A DNA stretch of 64,000 bases from Thermodesulfobacteriaceae bacterium (GCA_049414625.1 JBMSAU010000110.1:13915-77914), one strand, 5' to 3'; positions 1 through 8,035 are shown, numbered from the stretch's first letter. Translations and numbers: made by a program. The notes: generated by a model not told the origin, from the sequence alone.

Positions 1-625
1 TAACAAATATGCCAACAGCTTTATTTCTTACTTTTTCTGCCAATGTCAATATAAATTCCTGGGTTTGTAAACTTTCATAAACAAATTTAAGAGAAAAGCT
101 TATGTTGTTTACATTCATATTGTTTAACTGATCTACGAGTTTTGGATACGTATCTACATATTTATGTTGATATCTCATTTCTTTTGGTGATATGCTAAAA
201 TGAAATTTTATGTTATTACAATAAACAAAGTCATCTATTATAGGGTTTGTTCCATTTGTTTCTATTATGACAAAATCTTTTCCACTATATTCATTCCATA
301 GTTTTGATACTTCAATTATAAATGCTTGTCTATCTTCTGTCATTAAAGGTTCTCCACCAGTAAACATAAGCAAATAATCATTTAGCTCATAACTAACATT
401 CTGAACAGAATCAACTATATGGTTTGTTAATATGTAGTTTATCAGTTCCTCAGGACTAAAATCTTTACCTGGATTTGACCAATTCTCATAGCTATCACAG
501 AATTTACATCTTAGATTACAACTAGCAAATCTGATTAACAATACAGGTAATCCTATATATGCTCCTTCTCCTTGCAATGTCTTGAAAATTTGATAAATAC
601 GCTGTTTATTAACTTTGGTTGTCAT
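1..625 (-). CDS. queE: 7-carboxy-7-deazaguanine synthase (radical SAM), partial, runs off the window edge
   Basis: Not in the ORF track. Reverse translation from the ATG at 623-625 gives MTTKVNKQRIYQIFKTLQGEGAYIGLPVLLIRFASCNLRCKFCDS..., matching the QueE QGEG...CxxxCxxC signature. Exact CTAAATT-N7-ATG lies upstream (633-639). Confidence 0.85.
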   Translation of the reverse strand, partial: MTTKVNKQRIYQIFKTLQGEGAYIGLPVLLIRFASCNLRCKFCDSYENWSNPGKDFSPEELINYILTNHIVDSVQNVSYELNDYLLMFTGGEPLMTEDRQAFIIEVSKLWNEYSGKDFVIIETNGTNPIIDDFVYCNNIKFHFSISPKEMRYQHKYVDTYPKLVDQLNNMNVNNISFSLKFVYESLQTQEFILTLAEKVRNKAVGIFV

Positions 626-719
626 GCTAATAAATTTAGGTATATTGTAGCAAAAAACTAATCTAAGTGGTATTTATAGGCTTTTTTGATTATTTTTGTG
701 TCCTACATATTTAGTTGCT

Positions 720-748
720 ATTCTACCCTGAAGATAAATACCCGTCAA
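720..748 (-). promoter_or_regulatory. sigma70-type promoter upstream of queE: -35 TTGACG, 17-nt spacer, -10 TAGAAT
   Basis: On the minus strand, TTGACG (748-743), then a 17-nt spacer, then TAGAAT (725-720). It is preceded by the hairpin CTCCA...TGGAG. It is homologous to the module at 51817-51885. Confidence 0.55.
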
Positions 749-1356
749 TCTTTTCGCAATTCATCTCCACTTTTGTAGAGGATGGAGACATCAAGCATAC
801 AGGTTAAACTTATAGTCTTGTACTCTTTATCAAGTTGATCTTTAGCTGATTTTCCGTTTGCTGTAACTAGCAAAGGTTCGTTACGTGTAAAACCTTTAAT
901 GATAGCTCTGTTTTCCAAAACAATGGGAGCATTTGACCAATTGTAAACTGGGATCGGATTTCTTTTCTCTATCTTCAATACCTGAGATAAAGTGAGCATA
1001 CCAATACTTTGATAGAGATTAATTTTAGCCCAGAAATTTTTGTTGTTAAGTAGGTTATGATGTAGTTGTTCAAATGTTAGTGAAGCTATACCATGTGGAA
1101 CATGTATTGTAATTCGTGTATCAGCAACACCTGTTATTAAACAACTATCTTTATTGTTTGCTTCAAAGACTAACAGATATAATTCATTAACAAATTTTAC
1201 TTCTATATCAGATAACTCTTTTGTAATATAATTTCCATTTACAATAAATATTTTTTTGTCAAAATTCCAATATTTTCGTATGTTTTTCTGTATTTGTTCT
1301 CGCAATATCTGCATATTCTTAGTTGCTGTTAGTTGCTTTATATAATATCTAGACAA
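745..1356 (-). CDS. hypothetical protein
   Basis: ORF track entry with a TTG start. CTAAAATT variant lies just upstream. The 3' end overlaps the hairpin/promoter module for queE. Confidence 0.6.
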   Translation of the reverse strand: MSRYYIKQLTATKNMQILREQIQKNIRKYWNFDKKIFIVNGNYITKELSDIEVKFVNELYLLVFEANNKDSCLITGVADTRITIHVPHGIASLTFEQLHHNLLNNKNFWAKINLYQSIGMLTLSQVLKIEKRNPIPVYNWSNAPIVLENRAIIKGFTRNEPLLVTANGKSAKDQLDKEYKTISLTCMLDVSILYKSGDELRKD

Positions 1357-1556
1357 AAAATTTTAGAATACAAAAGGATGATTAATTTTTTGTTTAGATT
1401 GACTAGATAATTTATGTTCTAATTCTTTTTGTTTCTCTATAATTTTAGTTGCTTGAACATGAAATATAATCATAAAACTAGCGGGTAAATTAAAAATATC
1501 TAAATCTTTAATTTCCAAAACCAGAGCATTGCTCAAAAATGTTATTGGACTTAATT

Positions 1557-2441
1557 TTACTGTATGAAGATGTTGAAAAAATGTTGTATAGGTTCAAATG
1601 TAATCTCATTTTGATTTCCACATTCCTGACACGTAAACATATACTTTAAATTAATTCTTTCCTGACGATAAGGTTCAATAGCTTTGTTGAGTTTTCTTGT
1701 TATGATTTTGACTAGACTTTCAGGTAAATCTCTTAATACAGATACGTTTCCACTTGTAGCATTATACATTAGTTTAATTTTCTCCTGAGGTCCAGTTTCA
1801 AATATATATAGACTGTGAACATACTCAAAATTTGTAAAGGGAGCATTTATTACATCCTCAATATTTATACAAGCCAATGGGAAACCAACTCTTATTCTAA
1901 TATCTAGATTTTCCACATTTATATTTATATCTGTTGGTTCAAGACTCTTTTCTGGTAATTCAAAAATCAGTGGATAGATAGGTTTCTCTATCTCAAATTG
2001 CTCTCTTAGGTTTTTTATATGTTCAAGTATGTCAATATTGGGATCGTTGAATAAATTCAAATCATATGTGAGCACAAAATTATTTTCACTGTTGCATTTG
2101 GAACAATATTCCTTCACTTCAATAACAGTTAATGTTGCTAGCAACTCAATTATCGGTAGTATGAGATAATGTTTTTCTTCTAGTGTGATTTTTTGACTAA
2201 CTTGATCATACTCTTCTACACAATTCTCAACATAATTATCTATGATTTTATACAGGAACTTTATTCTCTCTAGACTTTTTTCTTCCTTATCTACATTACC
2301 AGCTGTTTGCAATGCTAAAAGATTGTTCATAATATTTATTCTTTGTTTTGCTAGTGGTTCTTTTACTGTTACGTATTGATTACTTTGAGGTAGATAAACT
2401 CTGATTCTCTTGCGAAGCTCTTCAAACTTACTCTTTTGCAT
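1557..2441 (-). CDS. hypothetical zinc-ribbon protein (CSKC...CQEC)
   Basis: The ORF track extends to a TTG at 2477. The first ATG is at 2439-2441 (MQKSKFEEL...). Two CxxC pairs are present. Confidence 0.55.
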   Translation of the reverse strand: MQKSKFEELRKRIRVYLPQSNQYVTVKEPLAKQRINIMNNLLALQTAGNVDKEEKSLERIKFLYKIIDNYVENCVEEYDQVSQKITLEEKHYLILPIIELLATLTVIEVKEYCSKCNSENNFVLTYDLNLFNDPNIDILEHIKNLREQFEIEKPIYPLIFELPEKSLEPTDININVENLDIRIRVGFPLACINIEDVINAPFTNFEYVHSLYIFETGPQEKIKLMYNATSGNVSVLRDLPESLVKIITRKLNKAIEPYRQERINLKYMFTCQECGNQNEITFEPIQHFFNIFIQ

Positions 2442-2534
2442 GTTTGGTATTGCTTTGTATTGTATAAAAAATAGCAAATATTTATTATGAAGGACAAGAA
2501 GAAGAAGAAGAAAGGCGGAAAAAAGTAATCAATG

Positions 2535-3029
2535 CTATATAACCATAATAGTTCTATGACTAATCAATTTTGATAGTATAACCTCGTATCTTGTAATGCG
2601 AATATGATAATTTTTATTCAATGTTGTAATATAGTCTTTAATTTTTTGTTCACTACACAAAACAATTATTGAATCTGTGGTCATATCTTTAATCTCCGTT
2701 TGATCAAAATAATCTACTCTCAATATTCTTTTGTTTATTTCTGCTATATAGTTTGTTTTGAATTTTTTGTGAAATTCTATCATCAGTGATTTCTTATCTC
2801 TGCTAGACGTGATACCAAAATCACTACTCAAAATGTCATTGTATTGATCTGATTTAATGAAGTCAACTAACCTATCAAACTTTCTAACATTTGCTGATAA
2901 ATATCTCATAGTTTGAAAGAAGCCATCAATTAAATCTATCTCAAATAGGTAGGGATCTTTAAATACATACACGGATGGTAAAATACCATTATCGCGGAAT
3001 ATATGTTTAATCAATGTATCTGATAGCAT
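2535..3029 (-). CDS. hypothetical protein
   Basis: ORF track entry. One-mismatch motif CTAAACT-N7-ATG lies upstream. Confidence 0.6.
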   Translation of the reverse strand: MLSDTLIKHIFRDNGILPSVYVFKDPYLFEIDLIDGFFQTMRYLSANVRKFDRLVDFIKSDQYNDILSSDFGITSSRDKKSLMIEFHKKFKTNYIAEINKRILRVDYFDQTEIKDMTTDSIIVLCSEQKIKDYITTLNKNYHIRITRYEVILSKLISHRTIMVI

Positions 3030-3074
3030 ATAACTAAGTTTAGATATGTTGTATTTTAAAGCTAAAATTTAACC

Positions 3075-4643
3075 ATGATGTTTGTTAGCCTACAGTTCAA
3101 GCTTGAACTGAAAAAAGAAGACAAAGAAAAACTCATAAAGCTAATGCGCAAGCAATCCTCTGCTATTCGTGTAGCATACAATATGCTAAAGGAGTTGGAA
3201 AAAGAAGAAACAAAAAACCCTCACTCTCAGATATACCACAGATTAAGACAGTTATTTCCTGAGTTGCCAACAGGATACATTAATTCAGCCATATACAAAG
3301 CTAAACAGTATACTACTGATAAATCAGTGGTATTTGGAGGTAGAAGACTTTTTGAAAAGCTTTGCAAAAACCACCTTACAGGAAAAGCAAGAGAAAAACT
3401 TAAAAAGCAATGGAGAGAACTAAGACAAGGAACATTGATTGCCATAGGTTCAAAACATAAAACCGTACAGGGTAATCAACTACTCAGGTTTGTGGAACTG
3501 GATGGAAAACTACATCTAAGAATTACCACAGGAAAAAGAGAGTTTATCTACGCAAAAGTGTTAAGAGAACCCAGCAATAGCAAAGATAAGTGGATAACTT
3601 TTATGATTATGCTTTTAGAAAGTTGGCAAACAAAAAACTACTTCGCCTACACAGTAGAACTAAAGCTAAGAGATGGAGAAGTTTATGGAAGCGTATCTTT
3701 TGAGATCCCAACACCTGAAGTGAAATACACCAAAGAAAACGGAGTAATAGCAGTAGACACAAACGCATCACCAATTCACTTAGCCATAGCAGAAGTTTCA
3801 AAGACTGGAGAACTGTTAAGCTATCAAACTATTAGCTTACACTACCTTTTAGGACTTTCCAAAAACACCAAGGATCATCAAGAGTGGATATTAGCCCATC
3901 AGATAGTGGATTTGGCTATTGAGAAAGGCAAAGCTATAGCAGTGGAAAATCTAAAGAAACTCAAAAAGGGAACCCGTGGAGATGGCAAGGCTAAACTGAG
4001 AAGAATACTTCACAGCTGGAACGCCAAAAAGTTTTTACAAAAGCTAAAAAGAGTAGCAAAGCTAAAAGGTGTAGAAGTGATAGAGGTCAACCCTGCCTAT
4101 ACCTCAGTTATCGGTATGCTAAAGTATGCACCGCAATTGAACATAGACAAGGATATTGCAGGTGCTTATGTAATAGGAAGAAGGGCACTGGGATTTAAAG
4201 AAGATACACCCGAGAATTACGAAAGACTACTAAAGGACAAGGCATATCTGGAGTTTGCACTGAAAAGATATGAAGAAAGAGAAAAGGAACTTAGAGAAAT
4301 TATAGAGAAGGAAAGCAACAAATACAAGAGAAATGCACTAAAAAGCGAACTAAAGAATGTAGAGAATGCAAAGAACATTTTAGTTAATCTCATACAAAGC
4401 CTTCAGAGTGAGTCAAGCTCCTGTGAGGGAGCCGATGGAAGGAATCCCGAGCAGGGAGAGACTAAAGAAGTCTCTCAAGTAGCTTGGCAAGTTCTGAAGG
4501 TAGCCTTCCTCTTCCCTATCCTTGGAAAGGTCTTACCAAGAGACCTTTCTTCTCTGAAGCCCATATTGGTGGAAGGGATGTGGGATAGGGTGAGGTATTC
4601 TAAAGGGTTAGCTCCTTTAGAGGCTGGAGGGGCGTCCCGATAA
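3075..4643 (+). CDS. tnpB: TnpB-like (IS200/IS605 OrfB family) RuvC nuclease lacking the zinc-ribbon insert
   Basis: The N-terminus SLQFKLELKKEDKEKLIKLMRKQSSAIRVAYN is TnpB-like. RuvC-I is VIAVDTNASP, RuvC-II is AIAVENLKKL, followed by VNPAYTS. RuvC-III is DKDIAGAYVIGRRAL. No CxxC...CxxC lies between NPAYTS and RuvC-III. G+C is visibly higher than in the flanks. Confidence 0.8.
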   Translation: MMFVSLQFKLELKKEDKEKLIKLMRKQSSAIRVAYNMLKELEKEETKNPHSQIYHRLRQLFPELPTGYINSAIYKAKQYTTDKSVVFGGRRLFEKLCKNHLTGKAREKLKKQWRELRQGTLIAIGSKHKTVQGNQLLRFVELDGKLHLRITTGKREFIYAKVLREPSNSKDKWITFMIMLLESWQTKNYFAYTVELKLRDGEVYGSVSFEIPTPEVKYTKENGVIAVDTNASPIHLAIAEVSKTGELLSYQTISLHYLLGLSKNTKDHQEWILAHQIVDLAIEKGKAIAVENLKKLKKGTRGDGKAKLRRILHSWNAKKFLQKLKRVAKLKGVEVIEVNPAYTSVIGMLKYAPQLNIDKDIAGAYVIGRRALGFKEDTPENYERLLKDKAYLEFALKRYEEREKELREIIEKESNKYKRNALKSELKNVENAKNILVNLIQSLQSESSSCEGADGRNPEQGETKEVSQVAWQVLKVAFLFPILGKVLPRDLSSLKPILVEGMWDRVRYSKGLAPLEAGGASR

Positions 4644-4663
4644 GGGATCTTTAGAACAGCCTC
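4399..4663 (+). ncRNA. candidate omega-RNA-like structured RNA overlapping the tnpB 3' end
   Basis: Perfect local stems: 4417-4421/4428-4432, 4456-4462/4470-4476 (7 bp), 4525-4533/4541-4549 (9 bp) and 4620-4626/4657-4663 (7 bp). Long-range pairs: 4401-4408/4552-4559 and 4514-4521/4583-4590. The in-frame translation here is low-complexity and not protein-like. Confidence 0.45.
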
Positions 4664-4675
4664 AGCATCGTAATC

Positions 4676-5932
4676 ATGTTTAAATTGGGTAACTTTGCTT
4701 TTGTTGGTAAAGATGTATCAGACAGATATAAAGATATTGATTACTTTTTGTATCAACAACATCTTGATGTTCTAGCAACATCAAACTGGGTATTATTCAA
4801 ACCATTTTATCAAAAAGATATTAACACTTCTAGATTGCATAATAAAATCAAAACGCTATTAATAGTTATGTTGCTTGTTAATGATCCCGGCTATACAAAT
4901 TTAGTAAATTGGTTCAAAGGTGTAGACGGATTGCAAGTAGCTGATTCAATTCCACATCTTATATTGCGGCATTTCAAAGTTCTTGAACAATATTTAAGGG
5001 AAGGTGTAAATTTTACAGGTGTAACAAAATTTACAACAAACAGTTTCAGTAAACAATTAGCTAGGGCAAAAAACAGACTAACAAATGTAAGTAACTTAGT
5101 GTACTTAGCTAAAGAACTGGATGTCAGTCTGCAGTACAACAATACACTAGAAAATGATGCAGGTATACAATTATTAAATTTTGGTATAGAGATGGCATCG
5201 GGTATTATTACAAATGTAGCAATATTAGCTGCTATTGGTGAATTGCTTGTAGATACTATTAATCAACTGATACCAAATCAAATATTTACTAGCTTAGATA
5301 GTGGTTTAAACAAAATAACTGACATTATTAGAAATTTAGTGTTAGCTAAACAACCAGCTTATCCTCAAGCATATGAGAGTAGTACATACTTACTATCAGT
5401 TAACATTAATATGAGATTTGTTGCAAACAGTTTCAATGAATTTGTTGAGAATATATTAGTACCTCTTATTGGTTTGTATATGATATCTGCTCCTACTTTA
5501 TGGAGTGATTATTGGTCTAATAATGATGATGCTATATCTCAATTTCTTAAATCTGGAACATTTCTAAGCAGATTATTTACTGCTCCACCTTATATGTTTT
5601 CATGTCTAGTTCCAGGACAAGTTTTTATACCAGTAGCCGCAGTTCAAAACATTAGTTTTACTCCATCTAAAGAGACTTTTATTTCAGGTCATCCAAAGTA
5701 TGTTGATGTAAATATGACTGTCATTGATCTCATACCTGTTTTATTGTTTTCATCAACAACAACAGATGGAACACCATCATTCAATCCTCTAGCAGGAGGC
5801 TTCCAAGCTCCAAGTAACTATAGAAAGCGATTCATAGAGGAGTTAATGAAACTTGAGAATGAATTTGAAGTTAAAGAGGATGCTCAAAAAATTTTAGTGT
5901 TAGGTCATCCTATACTTAAAAATATAAAGTAG
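4676..5932 (+). CDS. tail/baseplate-associated protein, short paralogue of 58854-60902 without the M23 domain
   Basis: Shared blocks with 58854-60902: FGKDV near the N-terminus, LVPGQVFIP versus LVPGKIFIP, SKETF..G.PK, LENEF versus LDNEF, and GHPILK. Confidence 0.65.
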   Translation: MFKLGNFAFVGKDVSDRYKDIDYFLYQQHLDVLATSNWVLFKPFYQKDINTSRLHNKIKTLLIVMLLVNDPGYTNLVNWFKGVDGLQVADSIPHLILRHFKVLEQYLREGVNFTGVTKFTTNSFSKQLARAKNRLTNVSNLVYLAKELDVSLQYNNTLENDAGIQLLNFGIEMASGIITNVAILAAIGELLVDTINQLIPNQIFTSLDSGLNKITDIIRNLVLAKQPAYPQAYESSTYLLSVNINMRFVANSFNEFVENILVPLIGLYMISAPTLWSDYWSNNDDAISQFLKSGTFLSRLFTAPPYMFSCLVPGQVFIPVAAVQNISFTPSKETFISGHPKYVDVNMTVIDLIPVLLFSSTTTDGTPSFNPLAGGFQAPSNYRKRFIEELMKLENEFEVKEDAQKILVLGHPILKNIK

Positions 5933-5954
5933 CAACAATACTAAATTTTTTTGT

Positions 5955-7775
5955 ATGAAGTTTGATAACTGTGCTTCATGTATGTTAAGAGATCGTCCTA
6001 TTGTTATGGAGGATTACATAGATAATGATTCAGATCAAACTATTATGTTAGTTGGTGAAGCACCAGGTTACACAGAAGCAAAAACGGGTAAGCCATTTAC
6101 AGGTAAATCAGGCTCCATAATTCGCAACATTATAAAACAAATCAAAAACTACAATATTGTAATAACAAATAGTGTTTTATGTCATCCAGATAAGAATGAA
6201 ACTCCAAATGATACTGTGCTAACAAAATGTAGACCAAACATCATTAATCAAATACAAAAATATTCACCAGTTAAAATTATTACACTAGGTAATAGAGGCT
6301 TGCAACAAATATGTAAAATTTACCAACTTAAGCATATCAAAGCATCACAAAAAGGATTTATAGACACTGTTTTGGATAGGAATACTAAACAAAAGATAGA
6401 AATTTATGCAACATATCATCCTGCTTACTATTTGAGAAGTAGAGAAGAGGATATCATAAATCATATTTTGGATACATTTAAGCAAGTAACAAATAATCCA
6501 AATCTAGTCTACATAGATACAGCAAGCAAAGTAGAAGCAGCAAAACAATTAGAGTTCTTACAATCAGAATATGATAGTGCTAAGAATTTAGATTTGGATA
6601 TTGATTTAAATGGATATGATATAATATCCTGCTTTGAATATGAAAATTATATGTTGTTATGTTTATACAAACCTGAAGCAGGCAAAAAGATTATCGGATT
6701 ACCAATTCAAACTTTTGTACATAATTTTGAAGCAGACAAAAAATTCAATTTTGCTACATTTGTAACAGGAGATAAAAAAGAACTCAGAATTGTTAGCAGA
6801 AACTACAGTAAAATACTTAGCGACTACATAAAAAATATAAATGGTAAAAGCTCTTCATTTGGAGTTATAGAGGGCAGTTTAGTTCAGAATTTTGCATTAT
6901 TCCTATCAGTATCTAGAAATAGATCGTTTCACAAACCCAGTTATGCATATTTGGATATAGAAGTTTTAAACAATGAAGGAGAATTTCCAGATCCAGTTAT
7001 AGCTGATAGACCCATCATATGTTACAGTTATATGGATAACAATAAGAACAAAATATATAGTTGTTACTTGCAAACAAAACATGTAGATTTACAAACAGTA
7101 AAAAAATATTTACCAGAACAAGTTAGTCAAGAAATTGAATTGATTGCTTTCGAAAATGAAAAGGATTTAGTTGTTCACATAACCAATAAAATAAAAGATG
7201 AGTTTGCTTTGTATGTTGGTTGGAATGTTGGCTTTGACGTATCATACATCATAAACAGATACATAAAGCTAACAAACGATAGTTCCATTATTCCCTGTAA
7301 AGTGAATGATGAAAAGAATGTGGGTACAGATTGTGACTTGGTCTATGGTGCAACAATAGATTTGTTAAAGATGTATCGCAATATAAAACCAGATCTAACA
7401 TCTTACTCTTTGGATAATGTCTCAAAATTAGAATTAAAATCTAGCAAAGTAAAACTAAACAAATCCTTAAAACAAATCTGGGATGAAGACCCAAGCTTAG
7501 TTATTGCATACAACATATATGACACTATTCTGGTTAGCATGATAGATGAAAAATATAAGTTTGTAGATCAATATCACTATTTGAGATCTTTGTATGAATT
7601 ACCTTTTAATGAGAAATTTGTTAACAGTAAAGTTTTAGCTACAACTATTAAGTTGATTGCAGTTGCTCTGAGACATAATCTAATTCCAACTATGTTAGTT
7701 AGCAAAACAATTGATTCGTATACAGGAGCATATGTAAGAGAGTTTATAAAAGGTGTATTTAGAGTAGAATCTTAA
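5955..7775 (+). CDS. family-4 uracil-DNA glycosylase domain fused to the family-B DNA polymerase N-terminal/3'-5' exonuclease domain (polymerase fragment 1)
   Basis: GEAPG...PFTG.SG matches the UDG4 signature. ExoI is YLDIEV, ExoII is GWNVGFDVSYI, ExoIII is AYNIYD. The protein ends at YTGAYVREFIKGVFRVES, just before polymerase motif A. Exact CTAAATT-N7-ATG lies upstream. Confidence 0.85.
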   Translation: MKFDNCASCMLRDRPIVMEDYIDNDSDQTIMLVGEAPGYTEAKTGKPFTGKSGSIIRNIIKQIKNYNIVITNSVLCHPDKNETPNDTVLTKCRPNIINQIQKYSPVKIITLGNRGLQQICKIYQLKHIKASQKGFIDTVLDRNTKQKIEIYATYHPAYYLRSREEDIINHILDTFKQVTNNPNLVYIDTASKVEAAKQLEFLQSEYDSAKNLDLDIDLNGYDIISCFEYENYMLLCLYKPEAGKKIIGLPIQTFVHNFEADKKFNFATFVTGDKKELRIVSRNYSKILSDYIKNINGKSSSFGVIEGSLVQNFALFLSVSRNRSFHKPSYAYLDIEVLNNEGEFPDPVIADRPIICYSYMDNNKNKIYSCYLQTKHVDLQTVKKYLPEQVSQEIELIAFENEKDLVVHITNKIKDEFALYVGWNVGFDVSYIINRYIKLTNDSSIIPCKVNDEKNVGTDCDLVYGATIDLLKMYRNIKPDLTSYSLDNVSKLELKSSKVKLNKSLKQIWDEDPSLVIAYNIYDTILVSMIDEKYKFVDQYHYLRSLYELPFNEKFVNSKVLATTIKLIAVALRHNLIPTMLVSKTIDSYTGAYVREFIKGVFRVES

Positions 7776-8023
7776 TGAGGATTTTTTTGTGTAATAGCAA
7801 CTACACTAAATTTAAAGATATGAGTAGTTTGTCTAGGCCGTATTACATTTTACTAAATAATAGTTCAGATGAAGATAATTTGTCTAGCATTATACAATTT
7901 GTTAGAAAACAACTAGGTCCAAATGCTAACATAAAAGTTATAAGAAAGCCACCACAATATATTGATCCGCTGTTCCGATTGAGATATGAAGGAACTACAA
8001 TAGATATTTATGAAGAAGCTTAA
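7775..8023 (+). CDS. hypothetical protein
   Basis: ORF track entry. The start overlaps the upstream stop as TAATG. Confidence 0.5.
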   Translation: MRIFLCNSNYTKFKDMSSLSRPYYILLNNSSDEDNLSSIIQFVRKQLGPNANIKVIRKPPQYIDPLFRLRYEGTTIDIYEEA

Positions 8024-8035
8024 CAAAAAAACATC

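Noticed and set aside
1363-1473. Small unannotated ORFs in intergenic gaps: a 36-aa ORF on the minus strand at 1363-1473 and a 40-aa ORF on the plus strand at 12651-12773.
   Set aside because: Both are open and fill otherwise empty gaps. They are below any size at which composition alone is convincing, and neither has the exact start cassette. I mention them only for follow-up with ribosome profiling.
2487-2528. A GAA-rich microsatellite (GAAGGACAAGAAGAAGAAGAAGAAAGG) and a 13-codon Lys-rich micro-ORF (MKDKKKKKKGGKK).
   Set aside because: It is too short, has no expression signal, and lies in an intergenic spacer between two minus-strand genes. I treat it as simple low-complexity sequence.
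4390-4643. The last ~80 codons of the TnpB-like ORF considered as a genuine protein domain.
   Set aside because: The translation (SESSSCEGADGRNPEQGETKEV...LAPLEAGGASR) is low-complexity. The DNA is packed with perfect stems, so the open frame probably just overlaps an RNA gene. This cannot be proven without expression data.
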